From NCBI GenBank assembly GCA_012295275.1, contig CM022671.1, positions 27,156,001-27,220,000 on the forward strand: DNA of 64,000 nucleotides, read 5' to 3'. Position numbers and translations under genes: made by a program. The DNA is from Chrysomallon squamiferum. Lineage: Eukaryota; Animalia; Mollusca. Shown piece by piece: positions 35,994 through 49,306 of this stretch (within the stretch, counting starts at the first letter, position 1; each line of letters starts with the position of its first letter). The notes under the pieces are model-generated. The model was given only the letters and a program-made list of their open reading frames with translations, did no database searches and was not told the DNA's origin.

Positions 35994-37438
35994 CTTAGGG
36001 CAGGATGGGGGTTGCATGGGAATTTCCCATCAATTTGAACAGCTGGTAATTTAAATTGTTATGAAAATTAAAATGGTTACTGTTGTCAATGCTTTGTTGA
36101 TAGCCGTATTAATTTCTGTTTAAAATTCAACTTGAATGGAAACAAATATTTCTAAACAAAAGAGTGAAAGAGTGAAAGTGAGACTTGAAAGATTAGATAA
36201 TGTTTAATACTGTTATCACTTACATGTTATAGGGTTTATTTGTTTGCGCAAACTGAGAAAATTTCAGTTTGGATAAAGAATGCTGCAAAATTTAAACAAA
36301 TCACATATATTGTTGAGCATGATTAAAATGTTACCACAGAATTGTTTTAAACATTAAACATGTTACATGACAATAACTTGAGACATATAAAAAAAAAAAA
36401 AAAAAAAAAAAAGATTATTAATGCTTAATTTCAAGGAATGATGTTAAGAAATACTGAGATCAGTGAATTCAATTATGTTGGTCTGTCAGGAATTAGATTT
36501 GATAAACATTGTCAATGTTTTTATTATTGCAACCAGAACCCATGCTTCAACAAACGCAGAACTATAAAAAAAATACAGTGTGTCTGCGTGTTTTGTAGAA
36601 AAAATAAGGAAAAAAAAAATGAAAAAAAATAAATAAAAATGAAAAAAACAACTTCAAAAATGTGTTTTGTTTTTTGTTTCTAATTCAGATCGTGAGCTTA
36701 AATATCTTCATACATGATATGGGACAAAATAAAATATTGGCTGATATTTTGTGTTGAGCAGTATTGTAAGGATGAATCGGGGGGAAAAAAAAAGAAAAAA
36801 GTTACAACTTTTTTAATAATAATAATTTAAAAATTACATATATGTTTTTGTTTAGCTAAGAATTTTTGTCAGTGTTTCACCAAGCTGGAAACCCAAGCAC
36901 AACTCCTGCACAATATGAAGCAACTTTATTTAATGTTACCCATTGAAACCTAATCAATAAGTGTAATGAGTCAATGCCCCTGCGCAATATTTGCTCTCTT
37001 TCTTTAGTCTAGGCTAATTGACCCAGGTACAAGAAGCCACTCTACAAACTTGAATGCATTTTTATGTATAAAAATTGACCTTTTTCCATTGATTTTTTTT
37101 TTTTAATCTTCCCTTATACTAAATAGTGAGTTCTTCCAGCCAATGTAAGGATATATTATTTTAACAAAAAGAAAATCTGTACGTGTATATATATATGTTG
37201 CAACCCTTGCCCTGTGAGGGATTTTAGTCTGAACACCAATTATTACATTAACTTTGTTGTTTTTTCTTTAAACCTCCAGACTAAAGCAACCTAAGTACCT
37301 TGCACCCCTTTTTGGTGCTCTGTTTTGAAGATAGAAGTGAGAGACAGAGTATATCAGGGTGTGTGTGTGTTCATGTACATAATACATTTGAAATCTTGGC
37401 CCTCCTCCAAAATACTGCACAGCATTGGTCCCCTCTCC

Positions 37439-37457
37439 AAAAGGTTGCTGACCCCTG
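37439..37457. mobile_element. Possible hAT/Charlie-type DNA transposon terminus remnant
   Basis: The reverse complement CAGGGGTCAGCAACCTTTT resembles hAT-Charlie-type terminal sequence from memory. There is only a weak partner (cagggt at about 37355) and no verified target-site duplication. Confidence 0.25.
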
Positions 37458-38034
37458 CTTTTCAGGATTCAGTATTTTCTTTACCAGCTACAGTGTTATT
37501 GTTAAGATAGTGACTCCTGGTATTTGTATGAACCTATTGCAGATTTGTTCATTCGTGTCCCTTTTTCTTGGCAAGAGCGAATTTTATAATGATTACTGTG
37601 TTCGATATTTATCATATCACATTGTAATGTTAATATGGGAGAAAATTAGGAAAGGAATTAAATAGGTTCTTGTCAATGACGTGCTTGTTTTGAAAGAACA
37701 AATAACTCAAGAAAATGGGAATATAAAATATGTTTAATAAATTATGATGTCCCTTTGTAGATCTAGTTCACATGACAAATTGATACACAAATGAAATATT
37801 GTCACTATATCACACACAAAGGGGACTGTTAGTTAATGACTTTGCATATACCATTTTACAATATTAACATAAGAATACATACATGTTTTTATATATATAT
37901 ATACATGTGTATATGGTTATACAGCTTGCTGCATCAGAGTAGAAGTAAAGCACTTCTGACAGGCTGAACAAGATAAAAAAAAAAAATGTAAAATGTATAG
38001 TTCATCAGAAAAAAACACACACAAAAAAAAATGG

Positions 38035-38065
<31 letters not shown>

Positions 38066-38201
38066 AATAAATAAATTTGGATAAAACTATAAAAAAAAAA
38101 AAGATTCCTGTATCTTATATTTTTGTTTTTTTTATTCTGTAGATACTAGTTCTAATACATAAATGTTGACAGATATTAAAACAATAATAATAAGAAGGTA
38201 A

Positions 38202-38238
<37 letters not shown>

Positions 38239-38866
38239 TACATGTTGTTGATCAGGAAATGGAGAAAGAAAAAGATTTAAAGACAAAATGTGGCACTGTA
38301 GAATGTTTTCAAGTGGGAAACCCAAAACAAAATGTAATTAGTTTACGTTGCCAAAAACTAAAGTTCACTCTCAAAATTTATAACTTTATAAAAAAAAATC
38401 TGCATCAAAATGACAAAGTATCCTGAGATTTCAGTGTTACAGATCTTGTGATTAACTGGCGATAAACAACAATAATAAACTAAAATATATAAAAAGGTAA
38501 ATAATATTTCTTTAGACACAAAATAATTATTGCTTTTAAAACCTACATAAAAAACAGGTATCAATTATTATAATTGTTGGATTTTTGAAGTGGTTAAAAA
38601 CACAAAGCAATCTATCATGGTATATATTTATAAAATAAATATATATATATTTTTTTTAATTTAATTTTTTTTTGTTTTCATTTACATATATGCATATGTA
38701 TTGGAATGTTGCTATGGACCAGTAATTGTATATTGATACAGCAAGTAACAGCTGCATGGTTGTCAAGATGATAATACAATGGTTAAGAATAGGAATGGTT
38801 GTTAAATGGATTAGTTAACTAAATGTACAGTACATGGTCATACATTATGCTCTCATCTATCAAAAA

Positions 38867-41293
38867 TCAACACTTAGATGACTGTAACACATGACTTTTA
38901 GTAACATTTTTTTTGCCTTGTTCATAGTAAAATTGTTTCATTGGGAAAGAAGTTGTCTCTTCTGTTCTGTCCTTAGGGTTATCTCCTCTTTCATAGAAGG
39001 CTGGAGACTGTTTAATGTTTTGAGAATGAGGATTCTGACTCAAATGCTGTGATGCCTGACTTTGTGGGAATGTGGAATGTTTCTGTTCGTAGGATCTTCC
39101 AACACTGTGATATTCCAATGAATTTTCATTGCCTGGAACAGAATTTATTGCACTTTCGAAACTGTAATTTTGAGGAGGTTGTTCTCGGCCCTGATCATCA
39201 AAACTTGTGTTTGAAGAATCTCCAGCATCTGAATCAGAAAAGCTGACCTTTTTCTTGGTCTTCTTCTTGGGTACATGTTTGGAATGCCGCAGCCGATTTG
39301 CATCATCTCCAGATTTTGTATTCCAGCATGGAATTTGGTTTGTCTCTGGTTCTTCTTGAATTGGTCTGTAAATAACTGACCGACTGGATGAGGATGTTGA
39401 ATACTGACTGCTAGTACTTGTTGTGCTATCCGGGCGAGATAAAGCATTGGTCCTGACAAGAGGGGTTGCTGGCTGATAGGGCCTGAATGAGGAGAAAGTC
39501 AAAGCAGAAGAGCTGTATGCATTGGCGGGATTTCTGTTGACAAAGTCTTGAGTATAGACACCTCGGTCTGCTTTTGGTGCATTTGTGACCAGGTCATTGC
39601 TGAAGTTCCTCTCAGAATGATAGCCACTGGAGACTGAAGACTGAAGATTTGAGTCCGCACCTTCACTGTTGTCAGATGAGATACTGTTCTCACAGCTCTG
39701 TCCATTGTTAGAATTACAGCCATTACTGAAATGATCACTTTTGTTTGGACCCTGTGTAGGTGATTGGGTTACACTATTTACAATCATGTTGTTTCCAGTC
39801 CCTAAACTGGAAGATGGTTTCTTTGAAGGTGGTGTAACTTTGCGACGAGTTTCACTAACTGAAGTTTCACTCTGAAAAGTTGAGCCACTTTTTAACTGCG
39901 GTGAGATTTTGTGTTCTGACTGACTGTAATCAACATACGAAGGGCCACCACTGAAAGCAGAACCAGTTCTTGATGGCGGTGTGATTTTACGATGAGCATG
40001 ATCACCAGAAGTATAATTCATGTTAGAAGATTCACTACTGGAAGCCACATTCTTTCTCGAAGGTGGTGTTATTTTGCGAATGCTTTGCCCACTAGAAGAC
40101 AAGTCTGTTTCATCGTGGGATGGTGAGCTCTTTGAAATCGGTTTTGGATAAGAATGTAGCTCATTTCCAGAACTGTACAGAGTATTGGGTAAAGTCACTT
40201 CACTGTTTGAAGCACACTGCTTTAGACTCTCCTGTTTTGGATACATTGCAGTTTGTCTTAACTGCATGCTGTTTTGCTGTGATTGCATAAAACTCATGTG
40301 TTGCATTTTTTCAACAACTTCTCTTACATTTGGCACATCTGCCATCACCTTTTTGGCTAGTTCTTCTGGATTCAAAACTGGTTGCTCTTGATTTTCAGAA
40401 GTTTCAGACCACTGCAATCCTTTTGTTCTGGAATCATTATCATTCTGGTTGTTTGATTTCCACCTTCCAGAAATATTTTTATTTCCCTCAGAGGTTTCAT
40501 TTTGATGGTTTGTTTTCCTTCCTTCTGAACAAAGTTGGTTTTTATTCACTGTGTCATGTTCTTGACTATTTTCTCTCCTTAGCTGCCAGTTATTACCTAC
40601 TATACTCTGCTGACAGTCATTTGTAATTCTGCTGTTAACCAAATGTCTGCTGCTGTCTTCCCTTACAGAAACTGATTTTTTAAGTGGGACACTCTGATTT
40701 GGTAACCTTGACATACTTTCAAACTGTTTTCTAATTTCACTTGTTTTTGACACTGAAGATTTCGTTTCACCTGAATTTTCTTTTGTGCTGTTTATCTGTC
40801 TTTCACTTGATTCTGACCTCCTCATCAAACCAGATGAGTCACTGTCACTGTCATTCACAGAACTCATCTGACCATTTGTTTGTTCACAACTCAGTTGTTC
40901 CTGTCTTTTTTCTTCATCCACAATTCTTGACTCATTTTCATTCCTGCTTGCCAGATCCATTTTTTCTATGTCAGATCTAGAATTTGCCAAGTATGGTCTC
41001 GGAGATGCAGATTTTCCATTCAGATTCCGGTTTTCGTTTCTGAACGGTGCTGTACCCAGCCTGTTGTGTGACACTGGACTAGGCGTGTCTGGAGTGTCTG
41101 TAAAGCAGGGGCTGCTTGATGGAGTGTCACTGGTTTCATCCGTGGTGTTCAGACTGTCAAACTGGAAGAGTCTCGGCTCACTGCTGGGTGGATACCTGTT
41201 CCTGATGGCACTCTGCAGAGACAGTTGTAGCGAGGGATCCACCTGTTGTGAACGTGACTGAGAACTGTGTGATTTCCTGCTCATAAGTCCACT
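38867..41293 (-). CDS. TTC28: TTC28 terminal exon, about 808 aa of S/N/Q-rich low-complexity tail
   Basis: Acceptor at 41294-41295 is in phase with the previous exon, and the frame is open to TGA at 38867, ending HVLQSSKC. Confidence 0.85.
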   Translation of the reverse strand, partial: SGLMSRKSHSSQSRSQQVDPSLQLSLQSAIRNRYPPSSEPRLFQFDSLNTTDETSDTPSSSPCFTDTPDTPSPVSHNRLGTAPFRNENRNLNGKSASPRPYLANSRSDIEKMDLASRNENESRIVDEEKRQEQLSCEQTNGQMSSVNDSDSDSSGLMRRSESSERQINSTKENSGETKSSVSKTSEIRKQFESMSRLPNQSVPLKKSVSVREDSSRHLVNSRITNDCQQSIVGNNWQLRRENSQEHDTVNKNQLCSEGRKTNHQNETSEGNKNISGRWKSNNQNDNDSRTKGLQWSETSENQEQPVLNPEELAKKVMADVPNVREVVEKMQHMSFMQSQQNSMQLRQTAMYPKQESLKQCASNSEVTLPNTLYSSGNELHSYPKPISKSSPSHDETDLSSSGQSIRKITPPSRKNVASSSESSNMNYTSGDHAHRKITPPSRTGSAFSGGPSYVDYSQSEHKISPQLKSGSTFQSETSVSETRRKVTPPSKKPSSSLGTGNNMIVNSVTQSPTQGPNKSDHFSNGCNSNNGQSCENSISSDNSEGADSNLQSSVSSGYHSERNFSNDLVTNAPKADRGVYTQDFVNRNPANAYSSSALTFSSFRPYQPATPLVRTNALSRPDSTTSTSSQYSTSSSSRSVIYRPIQEEPETNQIPCWNTKSGDDANRLRHSKHVPKKKTKKKVSFSDSDAGDSSNTSFDDQGREQPPQNYSFESAINSVPGNENSLEYHSVGRSYEQKHSTFPQSQASQHLSQNPHSQNIKQSPAFYERGDNPKDRTEETTSFPMKQFYYEQGKKNVTKSHVLQSSKC

Positions 41294-44200
41294 CTGAAAT
41301 AGTAAAGATAAATAAATATGAATCACATTTTATGTTATTCAGTCACACTGTCTAAAATGTCAGCAGAATAAGCTTGTGAAATAATAAAATAATTCACAAA
41401 ATAAAATTATAGTTTGATTAATTGTTAATGATTACTTAGGAAAAAATTAATTTTGAAGAGTGTTAAACAAATACTAATATTTATAAGTAAAAAAACCCAC
41501 CTAATACATAAATTATTATTAACCCCTCTAAAGCCCTCTAGAACCCATCTTTGAAATGCCTGGAATAGCATTACTGATTTATTTATCCTGTTTTTACTTA
41601 CTTTGTTCATCAGCTGGGACCTTGTATGTTTCATTTTCTCCATTTCTGCAGGGTTGAACAGAGATTTCTTTCCCCGAGGTGACTGAGGTGTTGGTGATGC
41701 AAAGGTTGATGTTGACACAGAACTGCTGTGTGACGATGATGACAAACTCTCCATGCTGCTTGATGTATTCAAAGAACTGGTGCGAGGTGCTTCCATTGCA
41801 TCTGTGAGAAAAATAGAAATTATTTTTAAAAATTAAATATTCAACTCTTACTGCACTATTTAGAAGAGATAAGAATCATTTTATATATAAATATTATTGA
41901 AAACTTGGATTTTCAAGAGCATGATTTATTAAACATGATTTTATTTGTCTTGTTATTTTCACACTTACCTATATTGATTGTAAACTTTTGTTGTCCATTT
42001 TTATTTAATAGTTAGTTTACTTAGGTCTTTTGCGATGGTAATAAGATGTACTTGGTATTAACTATTTAGAATGTTTTAAATGTTTACCAAAGACAGCAGC
42101 CAGTGCTTGTAGTGCAAACTGTAGAAGTCTCCGAACTGCCTGTTTACTGAGTCGCAGTGTCACGTTGTCCTGACCAACATCAACAAGATCCAAACCTGAA
42201 ATGAAATTCACATTGCATCATATCAAATACTGCTGCATGTTTGATTATTAAGAAAATTAAAATTAAGCATTTCCATAAAATTTCATGAATTTTCCTTTTA
42301 TTTGTGTATTATTTTATTTTATTTTTTTTAAATTTTATTTTCTGTCTAAAACAGATTTATTTATTAATTAATATATTAATGATAATGAGGTGTGTTTTTT
42401 TTATTATTATTATTTTTTTTTTAGTAATAATTTATAGTAAATTCTTTAAGTTGATTAAGAGTTATTTCTCTTGGAGTAGATTTATTTTTGTGCTCATGAA
42501 TTATTTCCCTTCCTTACAAAATTTAAAACAGGTTTTCTTTTTTTTAAGAATTATTTCCTTTGTATGTTTCTTAAGATGAATTAGAGTTATTTCCCTTACT
42601 TATAATTTGAATTCTAATGTTCTTCCATTTGTTTTTTTCCATTGAACAAGAACATTTTCTCTAGCAGTTATTAAAAACATTTCTCCACACATAATTCAAC
42701 ATGAAGTAATGGCTCTTACCTAATGAAGCTAGAAATTCATGACATCCTGGAGCTCTCCACAGTTGTACATTGACAAGAACATCAATACCAGTCTCCTTGG
42801 CTGACAGTTTGCTTAGAATTACACGCATCTGTAACAAACGATTCAAAATGTACAATAAGATGGGTCTTTATATTACAAAATTAAACACCATAAAAATTAA
42901 ATAAAAAACATTTACATAGTTACATTTACATTAATCTGCATTAAAGAAAATATTTCTATTGTAATATAATATGAGACAGATATATCTTAACAATTTGGTA
43001 ATTCTAATCTTATGGTTAAGTTTTAAATTATATACATCTTTAAACAAAGATGATACAGTATTCATCTCAAAAGCTATGATATTAGAAGTTTTGAGGTTAT
43101 ATATTCCTTTTAAAACAATCCATCTGTAATAGAATATTTTTGAATAAATTTTAAAAATTTGCCTTTCGTATAATGTTCTAATTATTGATAATTATCTAAA
43201 CTTACCACAACAATGAGTGCTTCTCCTACATCAAAGTTTGTAATGAACTTGCTCAGTGCTGTCAGAGATATGGGAGGAAGACCTGAAACACAAGCAAATA
43301 CATGTTTTCATTATATACAGTTATGTGCAATTCCTTTGAAATGGATCAGTGTTTAATTTATTTTTGTTAACCCTGTAAACTTTACTGCTTCAGTATCATG
43401 CTTATCTTGAAAAATTCAAACTAACATGGTGAATTTCAGATTAAATAAATTTTGCTGTGTATATTTATTTGAATTAAATTAGTAAACAGGTGCAGTTTGA
43501 ATTATGGTTATTTGTTGTTTCTTCAGACTGTACGATAATATTAAATATCATTTTAACAGCTTGTGTAATACATAACATAAATATTTAAAATTACAAATAT
43601 TATAATAATTTGGAGTGTATTAATATAAATTATTTTCCGTGTGATTGCAATAAATTACAAAAGTTAAAATGATTCGACAACATTTTTCAGTCTTTGGGTG
43701 GAAATTAAATTTTAAAAATAATAATAAATGTTTTAAAATGGTGTGACATTACCTAGCAGTGCCTGCAGACTGTTGCTTGCTTGTGTGAGTCGTTCTGCAG
43801 GGTCTGTCATGGGGAAGAACACTGCTGGGGGTAAGCCATTAGCAGACGGCTCAAACCGGAACCCTACAGCTTGGAGCAGATCCTTCCAGCCAGACACTCC
43901 GCCCACCTTGTTCTCTATACTCTGGTATGTCGTGTACATCGAATTCTTTGTGCCTTGGTGAATCCTCTGAAGGGATTTTTCAATCTGAAATATTATTAAT
44001 AAGAAGCAGTTACAGTAAATCCATCTCTTTCTAATTAAACTGCAAAAGTTCTCTTATGTTAGTATTTGTTCAGGTTCTTATTATTTTTAATTTTTGCATA
44101 CATGTGTGAGGTTGTAACAGTCCTCACCTTGAAGGATTCTAGTTTTTTAAAAATATGCCATACATATTCAGTTTGTAGATTTAAAACACTTTAAGTGAGA

Positions 44201-45941
44201 AAAGAGTTCAGTTTAAATTTTTTTTATCTAATAGTTTGTTTTGCAGAATTATTTCAAGAAGAATCAAACACTGACTAATGCTGATACTGATGTTTTTTCA
44301 AATGGTTACAAAAATTATAACATCTTTTAGCATAAAAATCCACTTTTAAGTAAGTTTCTAGCATGATCTCAGTTACTTACCAGATGTAAAAGCACTCTCA
44401 TAGCTTCTCTGCATTGAGTTGGAGACTGAAGAATTTCACAGATTGCATGTCCCATCTGTGCCAGTTTACTGCTGAGCTTTATGTCACTACCCACCAGTAC
44501 CCACCCACCCCAGTTGGATGGATGAGAGAACTGGTGAGTGCACTGAACAGTTTTGATGGCCTTTGACAAAGCCTTTGTGACTTGCTGTCCTTCCTCCAGT
44601 GACAAATACATCGACCGCATCAAAATTTTTGTTGCCTGATCTGGAACCGGCCAAAGAGAGAAGAGAACACACTGTGCTCCTGCTGACAGGAGGGATCGGG
44701 TAAGACCGATGACTCCATCAGTATTAACACGACCTGCTCTGTCATCTGTGTATGCTGAGTTAAGAACAACCAGTTTGGCATTCAGTTTTAGGTTAAGAAT
44801 GTCGGCTGCAGTTAAAAGATATTCAGAGAGTGCTGGTCCATCAAATGAACTGATGTCACTAGCCGCATCATCAGAGTCTATTGTGGAGAAATGTCCTGAA
44901 GATGTCACAGACTCACTGGGAGATAACACAATGGAGGAAAGCTTCCAGGAAATGTGTGCAGCAAAATGAATCACTTCAACCTGCTCAATCTGATGCAGAA
45001 CGGCACCTTTGGTTGCCTCAGCTCCAATCAGAGGCCTGCAAGACAGAATCTCCCCGACAATACCTGCCTCAAACTCTGCACCACTGATTTCACTGAGATG
45101 CCAGTGCTGGCAGATCTGAGGAGTCAGTTTTGGGTTTCCAACCACAAGAGCTCCAGAAGAACCTATGACAGGACGGCCATGTTTGTCCATTTTTTGTGAG
45201 TTCTGAATAGCATTGATTGATGGAACTATGATCAGGTTGAACTTTTCAAAAAGGTATTCCTGATCCTGTTTTTCTTTTAACATCATAAATGGAATAAGAA
45301 ACAGATCTCCCTGCAGGACAAGTACAAGATCGACTGGTCCTGGACAGTCAACAGTCTCTTGATTGTCAGTCAGTCTTTTCAGGGTCTCTTCCATTGGACC
45401 TATCAAGTACTGGTACAGGACAGTCAATGGTGACTTTCCAGAAGAGGAGCAACCTCTCATACTGCCCTTTCTCACAGAGCCTCCTAATCCACCGATACTC
45501 CCCCCAAGACTGAAGAGACTGTTGAGACTGTAGGTGGAGCTGTTGAAGGCGTGGCCTCGGTTGACCATACGGAGAAAGCCAGTGCGGTCATTCTCAGCAT
45601 TCAGCCTGTCACCAAGTTCCTCTAACTGCAGCTGGAAGACATCATCACTTTCTCCATCTGACTCACTCAGATTGCCACTCAGTCTCGCTCTCTGATGAGA
45701 CCTATCAAAACATCAAATTATAAATAATTTTCTATAATCATCATTATAATAACTAATGTAATTCTTATCATCATTATTATCAATATCTTCAGCATCATTG
45801 TTATCATCAACATCAGTATCATAAATGATTAATATTAGTGTTATTTTGTTCACTTTAAAAAAATAAAATAGCTACAGAAACTTATGTTTTGACAGTATAT
45901 TTATCTATAAAACATCTGTATTACTTTACAAACATATATAC

Positions 45942-45986
<45 letters not shown>

Positions 45987-48900
45987 AACCATTAAGATTA
46001 CTGCAATTTGAAATTTTAAACACAGAATGCAAAAAGTAAAAATCAACAGATATTTGCTTTGATATACTTATTGCTTACACTCTTACTGTTATATTAAAAT
46101 AAAATCTTAAATACTTTACCTGTTAGAACCCGATGACAGGTGATTCTCAACGCCTATGGTCTCTCTCACTTGACCAATGCAGTGGTCAAGGATGGACGTG
46201 TTAGAGAAACTCAGCATGCTGACTGTGTCGCTGTGCTCATGATCAGACTCCAGCTCAGAGAGGCTGGTAGCATGAAACTTGACAATTCCTGTAACGAGAC
46301 AAACAGAAAACTGAAAACCATCTAGTTATATAACTTGACAATTCCTGTAATGAGACAAACAGAAAACTGAAAACCATCTAGTTATATAACTTGACAATTC
46401 CTGTAACGAGACAAACAGAAAACTGAAAACCATCTAGTTATATAACTTGACAATTCCTGTAACGAGACAAACAGAAAACTGAAAACCATCTAGTTATATA
46501 ACTTGACAATTCCTGTAACGAGACAAACAGAAAACTGAAAACCATCCAGTTATATAACTTGACAATTCCTGTAACGAGACAAACAGAAAACTGAAAACCA
46601 TCTAGTTATATAACTTGACAATTCCTGTAACGAGACAAACAGAAAACTGAAAACCATCTAGTTATATAACTTGACAATTCCTGTAACGAGACAAACAGAA
46701 AACTGAAAACCATCCAGTTATATAACTTGACAATTCCTGTAACAAGACAAACAAAACTGAAAACCATCTAGTTATATAACTTGACAATTCCTGTAACGAG
46801 ACAAACAAAACTGAAAACCATCTAGTTATATAACTTGACAATTCCTGTAACAAGACAAACAGAAAACTGAAAACCATCTAGTTATATAACTTGACAATTC
46901 CTGTAACGAGACAAACAAAACTGAAAACCATCTAGTTATATAACTTGACAATTCCTGTAACGAGACAAACAGAAAACTGAAAACCATCTAGTTATATAAC
47001 TTGACAATTCCTGTAACAAGACAAACAAAACTGAAAACCATCTAGTTATATAACTTGACAAAACGAGACAAACAAAACTGAAAACCATCTAGTTATATAA
47101 CTTGACAATTCCTGTAACAAGACAAACAGAAAACTGAAAACCATCTAGTTATATAACTTGACAATTCCTGTAACGAGACAAACAGAAAACTGAAAACCAT
47201 CTAGTTATATAACTTGACAATTCCTGTAACAAGACAAACAGAAAACTGAAAACCATCGAGTTATATAACTTGACAATTCCTGTAACGAGACAAACAGAAA
47301 ACTGAAAACCATCTAGTTATATAACTTGACAATTCCTGTAACAAGACAAACAGAAAACTGAAAACCATCTAGTTGTGTAACTCATATGATTTGCTTGTTT
47401 TTATTGTTTGTAAGGTTATTTTTTTATATTTATTATTATCTTTTTTAATTTTTATTCTGATTTATAATATAGATTACAAATAAACAGAAAGATGGAGTAG
47501 TATGTTAATCTAAAAGAAAAGAACATTTATTGTTGTAAAAACAAGTTTTAAGGAAATTTCATAAGTTCACATTGTTTATTAGGAAGAGTAATATGTTTTT
47601 TTGTTGTTGTTGTTTCAGTTAATTTATTTGTATAAATTTCAAGAAATAATTTAAACAAATTACCCCTGCACAAACCTCCTCCCCTCAAAACAACAGTAGT
47701 GTTATTATAGTTAAATATATCTTTAGACTTGATAACCACATAGAAATTCTACATCTCCATTAGAAGTGTTTTATATACTGATAATTTACTGTCTTGTAGA
47801 TTAAGGAAGTACCCATGCAACTCTTTATTTTTAAAAAGTTCTGTGGACTATGATAATTACAAATTGTAAGTTTTGCATTAACAAAGTCTTCATAACAACA
47901 AATAACACAACCATTTTATGATCTCTGACACACACACAAATACATACATGCTAAGCTTTGTATTAAAAACAAAAAAAATTCTATATTACAACAAACTTTA
48001 CCATCTTGTGGACTGAGCAACCAGCTGTACAGGAATCCTGCAGCTATGGAGAAGGAGAGAACCAAAGCATTGCGCTGCTTCACGGTGTTGGTGATCTGTT
48101 CTATGGTGATTGGTGACAGGTCCATGGTTGTGCCGTTGAAGAGACCAGCAGAGCCAGCTTGTCGCTCCAAGAGGAGATCAATGAAAGCCCGGGTGCAGGC
48201 TCGTTCAGCCACCACCAGAGCCTCGTCCTGCTGGTTCAGGGCCACCAGCACCCTCTGGTGAGACAGAAACAAGATAATAAATGATTAGATTGTCAAATAT
48301 TTCAATATCATCATAAACATATATATGTGCTTAAGTTACCCTTTGTCTGCATATGATAAATGTTTAATAAAAATTATGTTGTTAAAAAAAAAAAAAAAAA
48401 AAAATTTTTTGTGTATGTGTGCCTGTGTCTTTGTACATGCATGAATGTTTGTGTGCATGTTTGTTTAAGTAAATATACGGTGCACAGACAGGTAAGGATA
48501 AATGAATGAATGAAAAAGGATGGATTGATGATTGGATTGATGAATGGTCAGATGGATAAGCTGAAGGAAGTATGTATCCTTATTTTGTGTATGTGTGCTT
48601 GTGTGTGTTTGTGAGTGTGTATGTGTCTGTCTGCATGTGTTTGTGTGTGTTTGTGTGTGTGTGTTAATGTTCAATCAGAGAAAATATTACTGTAAACTAA
48701 CTGCTCGGTTTGTTTTTACCTGTAAAGCCTGGTAACATGCTGTCTGCAGATCAAACAGAGACAACTTGTAGTCATTGCTGCACTGAGTCTCTCTGCGGAT
48801 CATCTCAAACAGATCTGCTGCTTTGTACAGCTGATGTTGACAATCCTTCAAATTGCCGGCGCCCCAGAGTGACAGACCCAGTCTGTGGCGGATTTTTGCC

Positions 48901-49271
48901 TCATCTTCTCTCCGACCGAGCTGTTCAGCTATCTGAAGGCCTTGTTGCAAGTACTGAACTGCTTGGGTGTGGTGACCTAAAGCATGGTGTACACGACCTG
49001 AAAATATAAATAAATAAATAACAAGTCAAAAAAAAAAAAAAAAAAATTAAAATAAATATAATATGAATAAGAATAGTATTTCATAATGCAATTTATTTTT
49101 AAGAACAAATTATAAAATACAGAAGAAAAAAATTATGCATACTCAGTCCAGATGGTCTTTAATTTAAATAATTATAATAATAAGAAGAAAAATAAAAATG
49201 GTGATTAACAAAGGTACTGAAAAAGGATTTGATGCTCATTTGGAAGTATGGTAAAGTTTTTGTCTGTTGTC

Positions 49272-49306
<35 letters not shown>

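Noticed and set aside
32072-38866. Additional gene or ncRNA between the convergent ATXN2 and TTC28 ends
   Set aside because: It holds only short AT-biased ORFs and homopolymer runs, with no recognisable tRNA, rRNA or snRNA; this fits 3'UTR and intergenic DNA. Poly(A) sites cannot be assigned because AATAAA is too frequent.
46276-47382. CRISPR array (regular repeats with a palindrome beside a TPR-CHAT gene, reminiscent of type III-E/Craspase loci)
   Set aside because: The units are contiguous with no unique spacers, there are no cas genes, and the unit is a copy of the spliceosomal intron/exon junction of a eukaryotic gene.
46276-47382. Recursive (ratchet) splicing through the repeat
   Set aside because: The acceptors are CAG|GA, not AG|GT, so no donor is regenerated.
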